A stretch of DNA of 63,433 bases, counting the filler, from Psammoneis japonica (taxonomy: Eukaryota), in assembly GCA_008632985.1 (NCBI GenBank). It is 3 parts of 3 records of this genome, joined end to end, with 100 filler letters (N's around TTAATTAATTAA, not from the genome) between each part and the next. Parts side by side here need not be neighbours in the genome. Positions count along the whole stretch, not along the records: positions 1 to 25,868 come from QPGO01000425.1; 2 more parts are not named here. One strand, written 5' to 3'. The notes below the pieces were generated by a model. The model was not told the DNA's origin, did not search any database, and saw only the letters and a list, made by a program, of their open reading frames with translations. The position numbers and the translations under genes are program-made. Below, one piece after another: positions 1 through 12,090 of the stretch (its first letter is position 1; each line of letters begins with the position of its first letter).

Positions 1-262
1 GTGCAATTTGGCTGTATTCTCGTATGGCGCTTGAAGGACTTGCAAAAAGTGCCGTTTCTTGCTCTCGGGCAGCCACCGATTGTTGAGGCCTTCCAAAAAG
101 TTTCTCCTTGCATCAAACTCTTGCTGTGACTTAGTGTCGTTTCGAAGTTGTTTGACATTAACTTTCTCAAAGTAGTTGAGCCTGGCTTCAAATTCTTGTT
201 GCGACTCGTTGGGCGCCGCTTCTCCGTAATAAGGTACCGTAGGTAGGTCAGAGGTGCACAAA
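1..262 (-). CDS. Fragment of an unknown coding sequence, cut off at its 5' side by the repeat starting at 263
   Basis: Manual translation gives a stop-free frame running off the window edge (LCTSDLPTVPYYGEAAPNESQQEFEARLNYFEK...). TA and Tyr content are normal. No recognisable domain. Confidence 0.35.
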
Positions 263-1426
263 TCGTCTGTTGTCGCCCGATGTGGGGTGTGCGCAGTCAA
301 TGAGATTTCCTGTGGCAACTGCACAAGCAGTAGACCGCATTGAGCATGGTCTGTGAAAACATTTCTTTGACATGCAGCTGTCCAAGCAACAAAACACAAA
401 CAGCAAAGAAGATGAGCTCATGACAAGTGCACCACGCCATTTTGCTTTGCCAAAATGATGGATGCGACCACCAAGCCAAAACTCGTGTTTGAGCAACTGG
501 CAGCTGTGACAATGCAGGACCCCTTTCACACGTTGTCACTTGAGACATGTTTGACACCGGAGGGCACAATTGCCAGGGAACATTCATGCTGAGAGATGCC
601 ATTGCTGAACCACCTGATGGCAAACACAAAGAAAAAAGATGAAGGTGTGAGTGTGAGCAGGGAATTTTCTCTGTCGCCCACAGCCCACAGTGCTGCTGAT
701 CTTTGCTCACCATCACAAATGAAGTGCATGTCACAAATGGGAAAGGAAGCATTGGGTTGAGGTGCCACACTGCTCCACTTTGGACACACAGATGTCTGAG
801 GTGCTGTCAATGCATTGCTTTTCTCTTCTTCTTCTGTCTGGCTGGGAGGAGCTGCTGGATGGCCGGCCTTGTCGTCTGTTGTCGCCCAATGTGGGGTGTG
901 CTCAGTCAATGAGATTTCCTGTGGCAACTGCACAAGCAGCAGACCGCATTGAGCATGGTCTGTGAAAACATTTCTTTGACATGCAGCTGTCCAAGCAACA
1001 AACCACAAACAGCAAAGAAGATGAGCTCATGACAAGTGCACCACGCCATCTTGCTTTGCCAAAATGATGGATGCGACCACCAAGCCAAAACTCGTGTTTG
1101 AGCAACTGGCAGCTGTGACAATGCAGGACCCCTTTCACACGTTGTCACTTGAGACATGTTTGACACCGGAGGGCACAATTGCCAGGGAACATTCATGCTG
1201 AGAGATGCCATTGCTGAACCACCTGATGGCAAACACAAAGAAAAAAGATGAAGGTGTGAGTGTGAGCAGGGAATTTTCTCTGTTGCCCACAGCCCACAGT
1301 GCTGCTGATCTTTGCTCACCATCACAAATGAAGTGCATGTCACAAATGGGAAAGGAAGCATTGGGTTGAGGTGCCACACTGCTCCACTTTGGACACACAG
1401 ATGTCTGAGGTGCTGTCAATGCATTG
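263..1426 (+). repeat. Tandem duplication with a 609-bp period (263-817 vs 872-1426)
   Basis: Near-identical sequence. ORFs 297..770 and 906..1379 differ by one residue. Confidence 0.95.
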
Positions 1427-3258
1427 TGCTGTTGTGTGACGTTTTGGCGATCGAACCGCTTTCTGCTGCTCCAGCACAGAAATTCTCACAAGTGCAGCAC
1501 ATCATGACAGGCAGAAGCACCAGTGTGATCCATGGGTTGTCATTTGTGCATGCACCAAGTGTGCAAACTTGTGTGCAGACAACAACAGACAATTTGTGCA
1601 CCTCTGTTGACAGTGGCAGAGATGCCACGATGCAGATTGCGCGCTGCGCGCCCCTTTGACCCCAGTGACCAGACTGCTGTTTGACCCTCAAGCAGGCTGT
1701 CACTTCACATGGAGCATGGGAATGAGCCCATGGAGTTGTGGCAACAAAGAGAAAAAAAGTCTGATTGTGCAAGCAGGCCAGCATGCCAGACTCTTGCTTG
1801 GCAAGGAGCCAGCCGGCGAGCACCTGGGTTGGCAGTGGACCTGAGACAGACTTGCCAGCAACTCACTTGCCTCAAGATGTCCAAATCTTTCAGGTGCATC
1901 ACTCTGTGCTGGTGCTGCAGGACCTGCCAGATCTCACAGTGACCCCACTAAAAGCAGGCACCCAGCAAATTTTGCTGCAGCAGGCTTGAACACCCCTGTC
2001 ATGGAGGCACGTTCCTGGGACAACAGTTGCTTCAATGATGCATGAGATTTCAGCTGGAGCCAGATGCCTCAGGGCTGCTGCAGTGCAAACCTCCAGATGT
2101 GTTGATGAGGTGCTGCCAAGCAGCACACCACAAGCAAGACTTGCCACCAGTGGCACACAACACAGCTCCTTGCTGCCCAATGATTTGCTCAAAGGCACAA
2201 ATGATCCCTGCATGATGGGGTGCATTGCCAAAGAGAGGCGCCAGCTGTGCAACAAGCACTCAGTGTCCAGATGCATCAGACAAGTCAGGATTTTGCTGCA
2301 AAACAAGCATTGCCAGCACCCAAGCACTGCTCTTGTCTCAGCGGCAAATGATGTTGCCATCTCCCTGTTTGCTGTTTGCCAGCCAAGCAAACGTTGCCTG
2401 CCAGCACCAGGCTTGTGTGCTGCAGGCAACTTTGGTTGGAGCTGGCACAGTGCCCGCCACTCTTGCCACTTGCACATGAGCAGTTCTGTGCTTGATTTGT
2501 TGTTTGGGAGCTGGAGAATGTTGAGCCAGGAGACCCTCAGCTCCAGCACTCCTGGGTTTGACAAACCCAGTTGACCACATGGAAATGAGGATTGGCTCCA
2601 TCAACAAGAAAACAGATGGCCCCACCAGCACCAGTGCCCAACTTGACAACAGCACTCATCAATGATGCTCTTCATGAACAGAAGAATGGCCAGGCCCACA
2701 TCTTTCCACTCTGCTGCTTTCAGATGTGCTGCACGTCCAAGTGCAGCAACACCACACTTTGCAGGTCTCAGGGTTGATGACAATGAGCACTGAGACCAGC
2801 CTCAGCTTGCAACCCAGAGGCACCATGCCATCACCAAATCCCAGCCCCTGCCAGGAGGAAGAGTCCAAAAGCCAGATGGAGAGCATCCAAGGTCCTGCAG
2901 CCTCATCAGAAAAAGAACTGCTGTGTCAAATCTGTGAGGGTGTGAAGACCACCAGCTGTGTCCAAAAGAAAAGGACACAGAGATTGCTGTGCAGCTGGTG
3001 CAAAGCCAACTGGAAACACAGTGGGAGACCAGCATGGACAGATGGGCTGCTCTGCTGAGATGCCAACACCCCTTTTCCATGTGTCCTGCCAAAGCATCAT
3101 CCTTTGTGCCAGCACCAGCCCAAAAGTGCTTCTGCACAGTCCTGCCACACCATCATGAGCCACCACACAGACCAACTGGCAGAGATCATTGGAGGCAACA
3201 TTGACCAGCTTGACCACACAGATTTAACTGCACTTCTCTGCCATCATCTCACCAGGTC
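263..3258 (+). mobile_element. Highly degenerate DIRS/Ngaro-like (tyrosine-recombinase) retroelement fragment covering the RNase H to YR region
   Basis: Remnant motifs in broken frames: EPMELWQQREKKSD..ACQTLAW (RNase H-like), MGCIAKERRQLCNKHSVS..IRQV (YR N-terminal-like), HEQKNG, and LSLQPRGTM (resembles HSLRxGGAM). Nearly free of TA and CG. A second copy lies at 17716-20157. Confidence 0.5.
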
Positions 3259-3627
3259 ATCCAACGGCCTTGAGCTGGTCAGTTGCGGGATTTGAGAATG
3301 GCCATCTTTTGCCAGCTCCTGTCGGAGTTCGAGCAGCAGCTGTTGAAAAGTCAAGTTTTTGTTGTTGCGTTTGTACAAAACATTGAGAAGAGCACTTGTG
3401 CAAGCTCCACCCGCACGCCCTGCTGCATCAGGAAGTTTGCCCGTCACGTTTGATGCGTCCGCGCTTGTTTGTTCGGCATGACAGCCAGAAATCATTCGCA
3501 CTTCTGCTGGAATCAATTCTGCTGCTTGACGATCAAAGCCAGACAGTGGTGATGATGATGATTGTAAAGAAGGAGCAACATTGTTGCTGCTGCTTTCTCG
3601 GTTGCGGCGGCGGTTCAAGAGACGCAT
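3259..3627 (-). pseudogene. Metacaspase p10 domain at the N-terminus (type III arrangement), truncated by the repeat at 3258
   Basis: IPAEVRMISGCHAEQTSAD..LPDAAGRAGGACTSALL..SQIPQLTSSRPLD. No p20 domain follows. Confidence 0.8.
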
Positions 3628-4249
3628 CGCGTTTGTTTCATTGTTGCCATGGCAAATTTTTCTGCGAAAGATTTTTCAGCGAGATCTTGGAACAACGGCT
3701 GCCGTCATTTCTCCCTCCACTGTGTGATCAATTGGTTCCTCCTCTTTTAGGTGGAACTCTCTAGATCGAAGTCTGAAACCGAAAGATTTTGGATTGCCGC
3801 CCTCGCTGCCATCAGAAAACAGAGCCATGACGATTGCCTGCACCAATCATTTTGCTGCATTTTGCGCCGGGCGTTCGAATTAATTGTGACACATGACGGT
3901 TATTTCGGTGCGCACTTTTGCGCGACCCACGCGACATGACTAACATGCGTTAGTGCGTGGTGCTGGTTGTTTTGCTTCTGACCGTTCTGTCTTCTGTGAG
4001 GTTTCATGAGGCTGTCTGTGCATGTTGATGTTGTCCAGTTGTGCATGTTGATGTTGTCCAAGGCAAGCTGCGTTGGATTAAGTGAATGTGGAAATGTACG
4101 AAATTTACGCATTGTTGCAGTTTCTTTGCCAAACAGTCAGTCCTCATTTGTGGCCACACTCCATCCGCGGCGGCTCAAGTGAAAGTCCATGTGTGTGCAT
4201 TTTGCGCATTGATGTGGTTGTCTTTGCTGAACAGTTGTTTGTAATTTGC

Positions 4250-4720
4250 TCAATTCCATTCTTTCTGGCCATGCTTCTTCTGAAGGGACTTTGCTTGCTC
4301 CTTCTCCTGCTCCGCCATCTCCTCCTTGGTGAAAAATCTCCCCGACCACTGTGGAATCGCCGCTGCATGTGCTGCCTTTAGCTCCTCCATGGTTGAATCA
4401 TCCTTGGGCGCGACTGTTGTTTCCACATGATGACTGTCCGCTGTCGTGTTGTCTTGCAAAAGTGCAGAAGTGACATCAAAATTTCCCGAAGTGGGGTCAA
4501 ACGCCGCTCTTGCTTCTTCCAAGGTAATCTCCTCTTCGTCTTCCTTGTTCATCAATGACTGAAGAAGTTCCGCACGTGTCTGCACCTTTTTCTTGTCCTC
4601 ACCAGTTTTCTTTGGCTCGTCTGCCTTCTTTGTTTGTTGCTGCAAATCCATGTTTTCTCTGTTGCTGCGTTTTCTGTGACGGTTGCGTTTGCGTTTCTTG
4701 GTTTGTTGGTTAAAATCCAT
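4250..4720 (-). CDS. Hypothetical charged protein, probably part of the Helitron-like element
   Basis: 156-aa ORF rich in K/E, with no Tyr, in TA-depleted sequence directly downstream of the Rep-helicase. Confidence 0.35.
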   Translation of the reverse strand: MDFNQQTKKRKRNRHRKRSNRENMDLQQQTKKADEPKKTGEDKKKVQTRAELLQSLMNKEDEEEITLEEARAAFDPTSGNFDVTSALLQDNTTADSHHVETTVAPKDDSTMEELKAAHAAAIPQWSGRFFTKEEMAEQEKEQAKSLQKKHGQKEWN

Positions 4721-4866
4721 TCGACGTTGTGTGACGCATGTGTAGATTTCTGCGCAATGTGCTGATCTAATCGAAACATTTCATTTTACGAAATTTCCGC
4801 ATTTTTACGGTTGGGGTCGCTGGGTGGTTGTGCAGTGGTTGAGCATCCCAATCTAATGTTTGCGCG

Positions 4867-7800
4867 CTACATTGACATTTCTGCGCACTGTTGCTGAGAA
4901 AAACACGTGGCGCTTCTCTCCTTCATGAGTCTTGTCAAGGCTTCGCAGCCTTCTGGGACCTTGCATTTTCGCAGGTCCTTGCCCAGTGGCTTTCGCATGA
5001 ACAGCCCTTCTCTGGTCTTTGCTCTGGAGAGCACAACATGCACCCAATTCTGAGTGTAGCTCCAAGAGTGTACAAACAACTGCGGGACTCCACTCCCTTG
5101 CAGTTTGTGCCCTGCAGTGGCATTGTTGATGACAAACGGCAGCTGGGTTGCCTTCAGTTGGAAAGTGTGCCTTTGTTTGTCGCCTTCTTCTAAAATTAGG
5201 CTGGGCTTGGCGATGCAAGCCCTGAAAGCACTTGTTTTTGGCTCAACTAAAAACTTCGCGGGGTCGATGCTTTTGTTGCAGTGTTCCAGTGCAACGTGGT
5301 CTACCTGACTGGCAAGTGCAGCAGGAGTGCTGATGTTGTTGTCTAAAGTCACTGGTCTTGGTTCCTGTCCTGGTTTGAGAACGACCTTGTCAACAGTGGC
5401 TTGCGTTCCGTTTGCTTGACCGTTTGCTGCATTTTCGTTGAAAGGTGTCATGACTCTGCATCTTCTGTAAATTCGCAAGACTGGATCCATTCTTCCTGAT
5501 TGCATGATGACGTGTCCTTCACCACAGTTGTTCCAGAAGCTGTTGCAAACCGGAAATGGTTGGTGGAGTCTCGTGCCATTCTGCACCTGCAAGTCGTCAC
5601 TGAAAATCAACATTGAGTCAAGGACGTCTCCATCTCTTCCATGCAGTGTTTCTGCTCTTTTTTTGAACAGGCCAGTGTCAATTGCATCTCTGTCCTTATT
5701 TGCGCATGCAGCACAGCAGAGGTCACTGGGCAGATCATCTTTGTTCTGAACCACTCATTCGTTGATGTGCTCTGTGTCGTCAACTGCAATCTCACCAGTG
5801 CGGAATCTCTCAAGCAGTTTTCCCCATGATGGATCGTCTTTAAACCTGTGTACACCACGAAGTTCTGTGTGGCAGTTGATCCACTCGTGAAACTCGGGAC
5901 ATGCATCTTTGCATGGTGGCTTCACTCCTTTTCCGACTGGTTCTAGTTGCCTGAGGTCACCTGCGAAAACAATGTTCATGCCACCGTGCGGCTTGCTCAA
6001 TTCGCTCTTCAACACTGTCAAATTCTCATGGAGTTTTTCTAGTTCTCTCTTGCTTGCAAAAGAAATCTCGTCTGCCACCAAAAGTCTCGTGTCTGACCAT
6101 GCTTCAATTTGCTCTTCGGCCATTTGCTTTCTTCTCATGAGGTGTGCAACTCGGTGGATTGTGTCCCCTTTGAGAACAGTTGCAGCCACTCCGGTCAGTG
6201 CAGTCACTCTGATTGTGCTTGTTGTGAACGGCTGCTCAACAAGCAAGCAATGCTCTCTTCCGCATTCCACGACGAGGTCCATTGTGGTTGATTTGCCACT
6301 TCCACCTGCACCATGTAAAAAACACACAAGTTGCAACGTTCTGCGTCTTTGCACTTCCACGAGTTTCTTCAATCGGCGAAGGTTTGTTGCGAATTCGTGT
6401 CTGCTGTTTCTCCTGTTGAGTCCATTGCGTGACATCTCGTCTTGAAGAGCGTCTTGACAGCAAGTGAGCACAAAGGTTCCTGCTAGAATTTCAAAGGCAC
6501 GCTGCTGTTGCCCATCCAGTCTTGCTTTCCCAGCCCAGTCTATGACACTTGCTGCAGATCCGTTTGCTTGACGCACATCGACGTGTTCTTCCAAACCTGT
6601 CATGTCCTCAAACGACCTTCTTGTTCTTTGCGTTCTAGTCAGTGTCACTCGAACAACATCGTCTCTTGACAGTGGTCTGCTGTGGATGTGTTGTTGCACA
6701 CCTTCATTCTGGTCTTCCTCGTCGGTGTCATCGCTGCCCTCTAGATTCTCAAAAAGTTGTCGTTCATCAACCTGGTTTTCCTCGTTTGGTGGGTCAGTGT
6801 GCATGTCTGCCAAGCATTTGCAGCCACCCATGTGTGAACCTTTCTGTCTTGCACGTTTGCCGCTCAAATGCGCAGGAACAACTGCTTGGTTGCTCAACCC
6901 AATGTCATCGTCTTCTGGCTTCTCTGCCATTTCTTCCAAGAGTGCATCCAGCAGTTGACCCTGAACGGCGCCTGAAAGACCTTCTTCCTCGTCACTTTCG
7001 CAACAGTCAAACGCAACGTCAGCAGGTCTAAATTGCTCCGTCTTTCTTTGCAGATCGTCAGATGTGCTTTTGAGACGAAGGCAGTTGGACTTGGCCTCCT
7101 GTGGGTTCTGCAAGAAGTTCAAGTTTTCCTCTGCAATGACACCGGCCACTGCGGAGAGTTGGAATTCACGCAGGTGTGTGTGGGTTGTTGGTTTGAGTTC
7201 CGTCATTGTTCTGTGAGGCGCAAACAAGGCCAATGCCAACTTGCAGTGCAATTCTTTGTCCAGTGTTGTTGGTTGCTGTGGATCTACAAGGCAACCACCA
7301 AACTTGGCTGCATCAGGAAAATCACACTGAAGTGCTTTTGACAATCGCGGCTGCTGTTGCTGTCTGACACCTTGAAGAAACTTGTTCTTCGTTGAATTGT
7401 AAGACGGGTGCCTGTGCGCTCTGTTGTCGAACATCATCATGCCGTGTTCGTTTTTCCTTGTGTTGCGAAGAACTTCGCATTCACTGAAAAACGCAAACGG
7501 GCTGAGATTCTCCAGTGCTGTTGGACGACACAGGCAGTGCAAGGCCTGGCATTGGAAGAACGGTGCATCGCCAAAATGGGCTGCAGTTGCAGACACTTCG
7601 TCTCTTTCTAGTGTGCTGACAATGTCTTTCAAGGGGCACCATGCGGTCAAATGAGATTCGATGAAACGGCTTCCGTTCCTTGTCATGCAAGATGCAAGTG
7701 GTGGTCCAATGACGTTCGTCTTGTTGTGCAAGCAAGCACCCCATGTGAGACGTCTGATTGCTTCCGATGCATCAGATGTGTGTTTCCGTAATTCCGTCGC

Positions 7801-10518
7801 TGTCCTGTTTGCAGTTCAAAGCACTTCGTCGTACGATGCAGTGTCATCTTTCTGGGTGTCTTTTAGGATGTGCCCAATTGTGTGTTGAGCAGACGGTCCA
7901 GGCATCAATGAAGCAATGTTTGTGTTGCATGTCAGTTTTGATCTGCTCATTGCAGGGCACGACACGTTTTGAAAAGCATTGCACTTTCTCCTCTTTGGAA
8001 CAACTTCCTTCATGCACCGACACGCAAAAGTTCCATCCCAGCTGAACCACTTTATCTGAGTGTCATCTGCGTTCCTTGCCAAATTGTTTGGACACGAAGC
8101 AGCTGGTTGCCTGTGACGGCAGTCACCTGGTTTGAGCTCCTCTCGTTTCCTTTTCCTTGACTGCATGTCCAGTTCCTCGTGTGGGGTTTTTTTGTGCATT
8201 TTACGTAACTCTGCGCATTTGGGAAAACACGACTTCGTAACGTGCATGTGATGGTTGTAAGCTGTGTCCGGCACATGTGCCTCCATTGTCCCTTGCGGAC
8301 CACTTCGCTGGTGTTGTGCACACATTGCTTTTAGTCGCTTTGCATGGCCATCTGGATGGCAAGTCAGGCCAGGTGCACGGTGCCGTGACTGTAAAAAGCT
8401 TTCTACAAACTCGACGTTTGTCCAGTGCTTGGTGCAGTGACGACAACAAGCAAACATTCCATTCTTCGACTGCTGGCCGTCTTCATGCCTCAGGTTTCTT
8501 AGCTGTTGGTCGTCTGCCACTTTTGGAGAGGTGCGACACATTTTTGGCACTGCACAGTCATGATCGAATGCTTCGCGCAACGCGCTGGTGCTGAAGTCCT
8601 CGCCACAGATTAATTCCATGCTGCAGATCTTCTGAACTGTGTTGGCAAGGTGCTCAGCACCTTGGCGTCGGATCTGTCTTGTTGGCGAATGCAGTTTCTC
8701 TCTTGCATTGTTGATCGATGCGAACCAGATCTGCATGTGTCCGTGTGCTGTTGGACGTCCCTGCTCCTCAACTGCAGCTAAAAATGCGGCTGGCCTGCCA
8801 ATGTAGAAGTTAAAGTTTTCTCTTGGTTGGTCAGCACTCAGATCCCAACCCATTGCCTCTTCTGTTGCAATGTCAAACAAGCACTCGAGTGCAAAGGCTG
8901 TTAGACCGGGAAACTTTGGACGCAGTTCATTACGTTGCTCAGCCCTGCTAGCAAGAATTTCGTCCGTCAGTTGTGTCACGTCTTCGTTTGGGTCCAGGAT
9001 GACACCCGAGCACAGTTGTGCAAGAAACGAACTTGCATCGTCCGGACTGACGGTTAAGAAAATGCCACCCTGACCAAAATGATGCTGACAAGTTTTGGCG
9101 TTTCTCCTCATTTTCTTTGCTGCTTCGTTGCTGTGTGGCAGAGACGCAGATGCAACGTTGAGTGCGCGCAAAAAGTGGTGCCCGAGTCCACAATCTCTTC
9201 TCTCGCCCAAGTTGCGATCATGAACAGTTCCATCCACATCGTCCACTGTTGGTTCGTTTGCAAACTGTGCAGCCTGATTCTTGTCCCTGACTTTCCACCC
9301 TGCGCTCTGTGGCATCCTTTGCTTCATTGTCAAGTTGCAGCATGTTAACACGAAGAGCTGCTCATGGAAGTGAGGCTGGGAAATCCGTGCCAAGTGGTCG
9401 GCACAGTGTGCAAGGTTGGTGCCATCTGCAAGACTTCCGTCTTTCTTCATTCTCGTCTCATTGATTCCTCCTCTGCCAAAAGGAAACTGCAGCAGACACG
9501 CGTCAATGAAGTTGTTGCCTTTGAAATCACTCGCAGATTCTTTGGACAACTGTGCTTGTGCCTCTAAATCAAATCCGTTGGCAGTGGCTTCGTGCACAAG
9601 ATCTTTGAAGCAGCCCAGGTTGCGCTGACCACCGGTCGCAGGAGACATGGTTCCATCAGGAAAGCAAACATGAAATGACTCTGAGGTCTCAACATTCGCA
9701 TTTTCTCCTTCTTCTTCGCCGGTGCCATCGACAAGTGCGGGACTCCGCAGATTGCGCCTGACTTCGTCTAGATTTGTCTGTTGGCACACCCACTCTTGGT
9801 CATGGTGCAACAGCCATTCCATCGCCCTTGGCATGTGGTGCGTCCCAATTCTGTTCTTTGAACGTGCAAGTTGTCTTTGCTCTGGAGTCATCTTTCCAGT
9901 CATCAGTGCAATCACATTCTGATGTAAATTCAGCACGTCGAAGTGCACAACAGTTCTTATGATGCTTTGCATCTTGACTTTGCAGTGTGTCATGCTTCCC
10001 TCAAGCTTCTTCTGTTTGCCGCCAAGGTGGCTGAAGCAGCACCCGCATGTTTTCACTGGTGTGAGCATTGCCAATTCTGCTTCAGTCAGAGACAACAGTT
10101 CGTGCGGCGGGGCACTGAAACAGCAGTTGTTCGCCATCGCGCACATTGGCACAACGGCTCTTCCCAGGCTTCTTCGGCATTCGCTGCAGCAAGTGAATCC
10201 ATCGACGCATCGTCTGTCTTCCTGCACCACGCATTGGGCGTGGGGAGAAAGCAGCAGGTCTTTGATCCAATCAGCATCTTCATGCTCTGCAGTGCAGCAG
10301 GACTTGAGACGATCAGATGCGCTGTTCCAGTCTGAAGGGGTGAGCAAGTTTCTTGCTGATTCCAATGTTTCGAGTGGCAAGTGGCAAACTTCTCTGGGTT
10401 TCAGCAGAACGTCACAGACCAAACATGCGTGTGGTCTAAATTCTCCGTCTCTGTGTAGATGAAGCATCTCAAACTTTCTGTTGATTGCATTGCAAACACG
10501 GGAGTTGGCCTCGTCCAT
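4867..10518 (-). pseudogene. Helitron-type Rep (HUH)-Pif1 helicase, about 1880 codons in one frame with two in-frame TGA stops (7816-7818, 5755-5757)
   Basis: Rep motifs GIFLTVSPDD, VEEQGRPTAHGH (HUH) and QHTIGHILK (Y-x3-Y motif mutated). Helicase motifs GAGGSGKS, ALTGVAA..GDTIH, DEISF, FAGDLRQLEPV, HKLQG and HVVLSRA. The three ORF-track pieces are contiguous and in frame. Confidence 0.92.
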
Positions 10519-10610
10519 TTTAATTTAAGCTGATGCTTTGACTCAACAAATTTCAAGAAGCCACTCAGCAAAAACAGTTGTTTTTTCAGTGCGATCACCG
10601 TGAAGCTGCG

Positions 10611-11280
10611 ATCGGTGCCATCCAATCACCGCAGCAATGTGTGTTTTCTTGCCACCTGCAGCACTGCGACTGGTGTCGTCCAGCCACCGCAGTGGCTCTG
10701 TCCAGTTGATCAACGAACCGCGTCGGTGCTGCCCGTTCACCGCAGCGCTGTGTCGTCTTCTCACAACCTGTGCAATCAGGTCGCTGCGAGTGCTGCGACT
10801 GGTGCTGTCCAGTCACCGCAGCCGAGTCAATCAGTTGCTTGACGAACTGCGTCGGTGCCACCCGATCACCGCAGTGTTGTGTCGTGTTCTCACAACCTGT
10901 GCGATCAGGTCTCTGTGAGAGCTGCGACTGGTGTCATTCAGTCACCGCAGCTGAGCTTGTGCGTCATCTCACAACCTGCGTCATGAGGTGCAGCGCTGTG
11001 TTGTTCACTCACAACCTGTGCAATCAGGTTGCTGTGAGAGCTGCGACTGGTGTCGTGCAGTCACCGCAGCCAAGTGAATCAGTTGCTTGACGAACTGCGT
11101 CGGTGCCATCCGATCACCGCAGCGTTGTGTCGTGTTCTCACAACCTGTGCAATCAGGTCTGTGTGAGAGCTGCGACTGGTGTCGTCCAGTCACCGCAGCT
11201 GAGCTTGTGCGTCATCTCACAACCTGCGTCACCAGGTCACTGTGAGAACTGAGAACTGCGATCGGTGTGGCCCAATCACC
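10611..11280. repeat. Imperfect modular tandem repeats (about 60-130 bp units) upstream of the Rep-helicase
   Basis: Recurring blocks GCTGCGACTGGTGTCGTCCAGTCACCGCAG and CTCACAACCTGTGCAATCAGGT, about 5 copies each. Confidence 0.85.
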
Positions 11281-12090
11281 GTAGTTGGATGCTTTTCGTT
11301 TCCCTTTGCGCAAAGGTTCTGTCACAAAAAAGTGAGACGAAAGTGTGCCTCTTTCACCTTGACGGAAGAGTGACGTGTGTGTTCCTCCCACGTCCTTCTT
11401 CGCACCAGACGTGCGATGTCCTGCTTGGTTTCGTCAACGTTGAACATCCCATGGGATGAGATTTGGATCTTGTTCAAGTTGTTTTGACCATCTGCTCTGA
11501 ACATTCCATGGGGTGAGATTCGGATCTTGTTCAAGTTGTTTCGGCAATCTTGGTGGTGGGCGCAGCTTTACGCAAATTCCGCAGAATCATGCTTTGACGA
11601 GTGGCGGGGCAGTTGCGTTGGTCGTGTGGCAATGACAATGCGATTGACATCATTCGTGTTTCCAAAGTGCGCGCGAATCCTCCAAATGGGTGATGGGCCC
11701 ACCTTGGCTAACTGCCGGTACAGCATGCAGTGACAGCGATGGCGTCGACCGTTTGGCGACTAGATTTTGTGTGCGATGGCCGCGCGGCAGCAACGGCTGA
11801 AATGCACACGAAGCATGGACGGAATTGCACGTGATTTTACACATTTTCAGCAAACTTAGCACGACTTTGCGTGCTCCGATCCTTGCATCTGTTTTGTTCA
11901 AATTGAATCCACACACCACTTGCAAGTGCTGACACCTGGAAGGTTGCCTTGTTGCAGTTCGACGTGTTTGAATCTGGTTGCTGACGTTGCCAGTTCTCCT
12001 TGGCATGATGCACGCAGCTCTGCTGGGTCTTTCTTGGCACTTCTGAACGATCGCACTTTTTGTTCCCATAATTTCTCTCCAACTGATTCG

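Noticed and set aside
248..3217. Many overlapping Cys/His-rich ORFs as zinc-finger or metal-binding proteins (also 17.7-25.8 kb and 45.3-47 kb)
   Set aside because: They are by-products of TG/CA enrichment and loss of TAA/TAG stops, with no coherent domains.
3761..3764. CTAG as the Helitron 3' terminus
   Set aside because: There is no convincing upstream hairpin, and it is not followed by T on the element strand.
4867..10518. Alternative genetic code (TGA read-through, or Cys/His codons read as Tyr)
   Set aside because: Host genes in the window use Tyr codons and TGA stops normally. The in-frame TGAs fit CGA->TGA decay.
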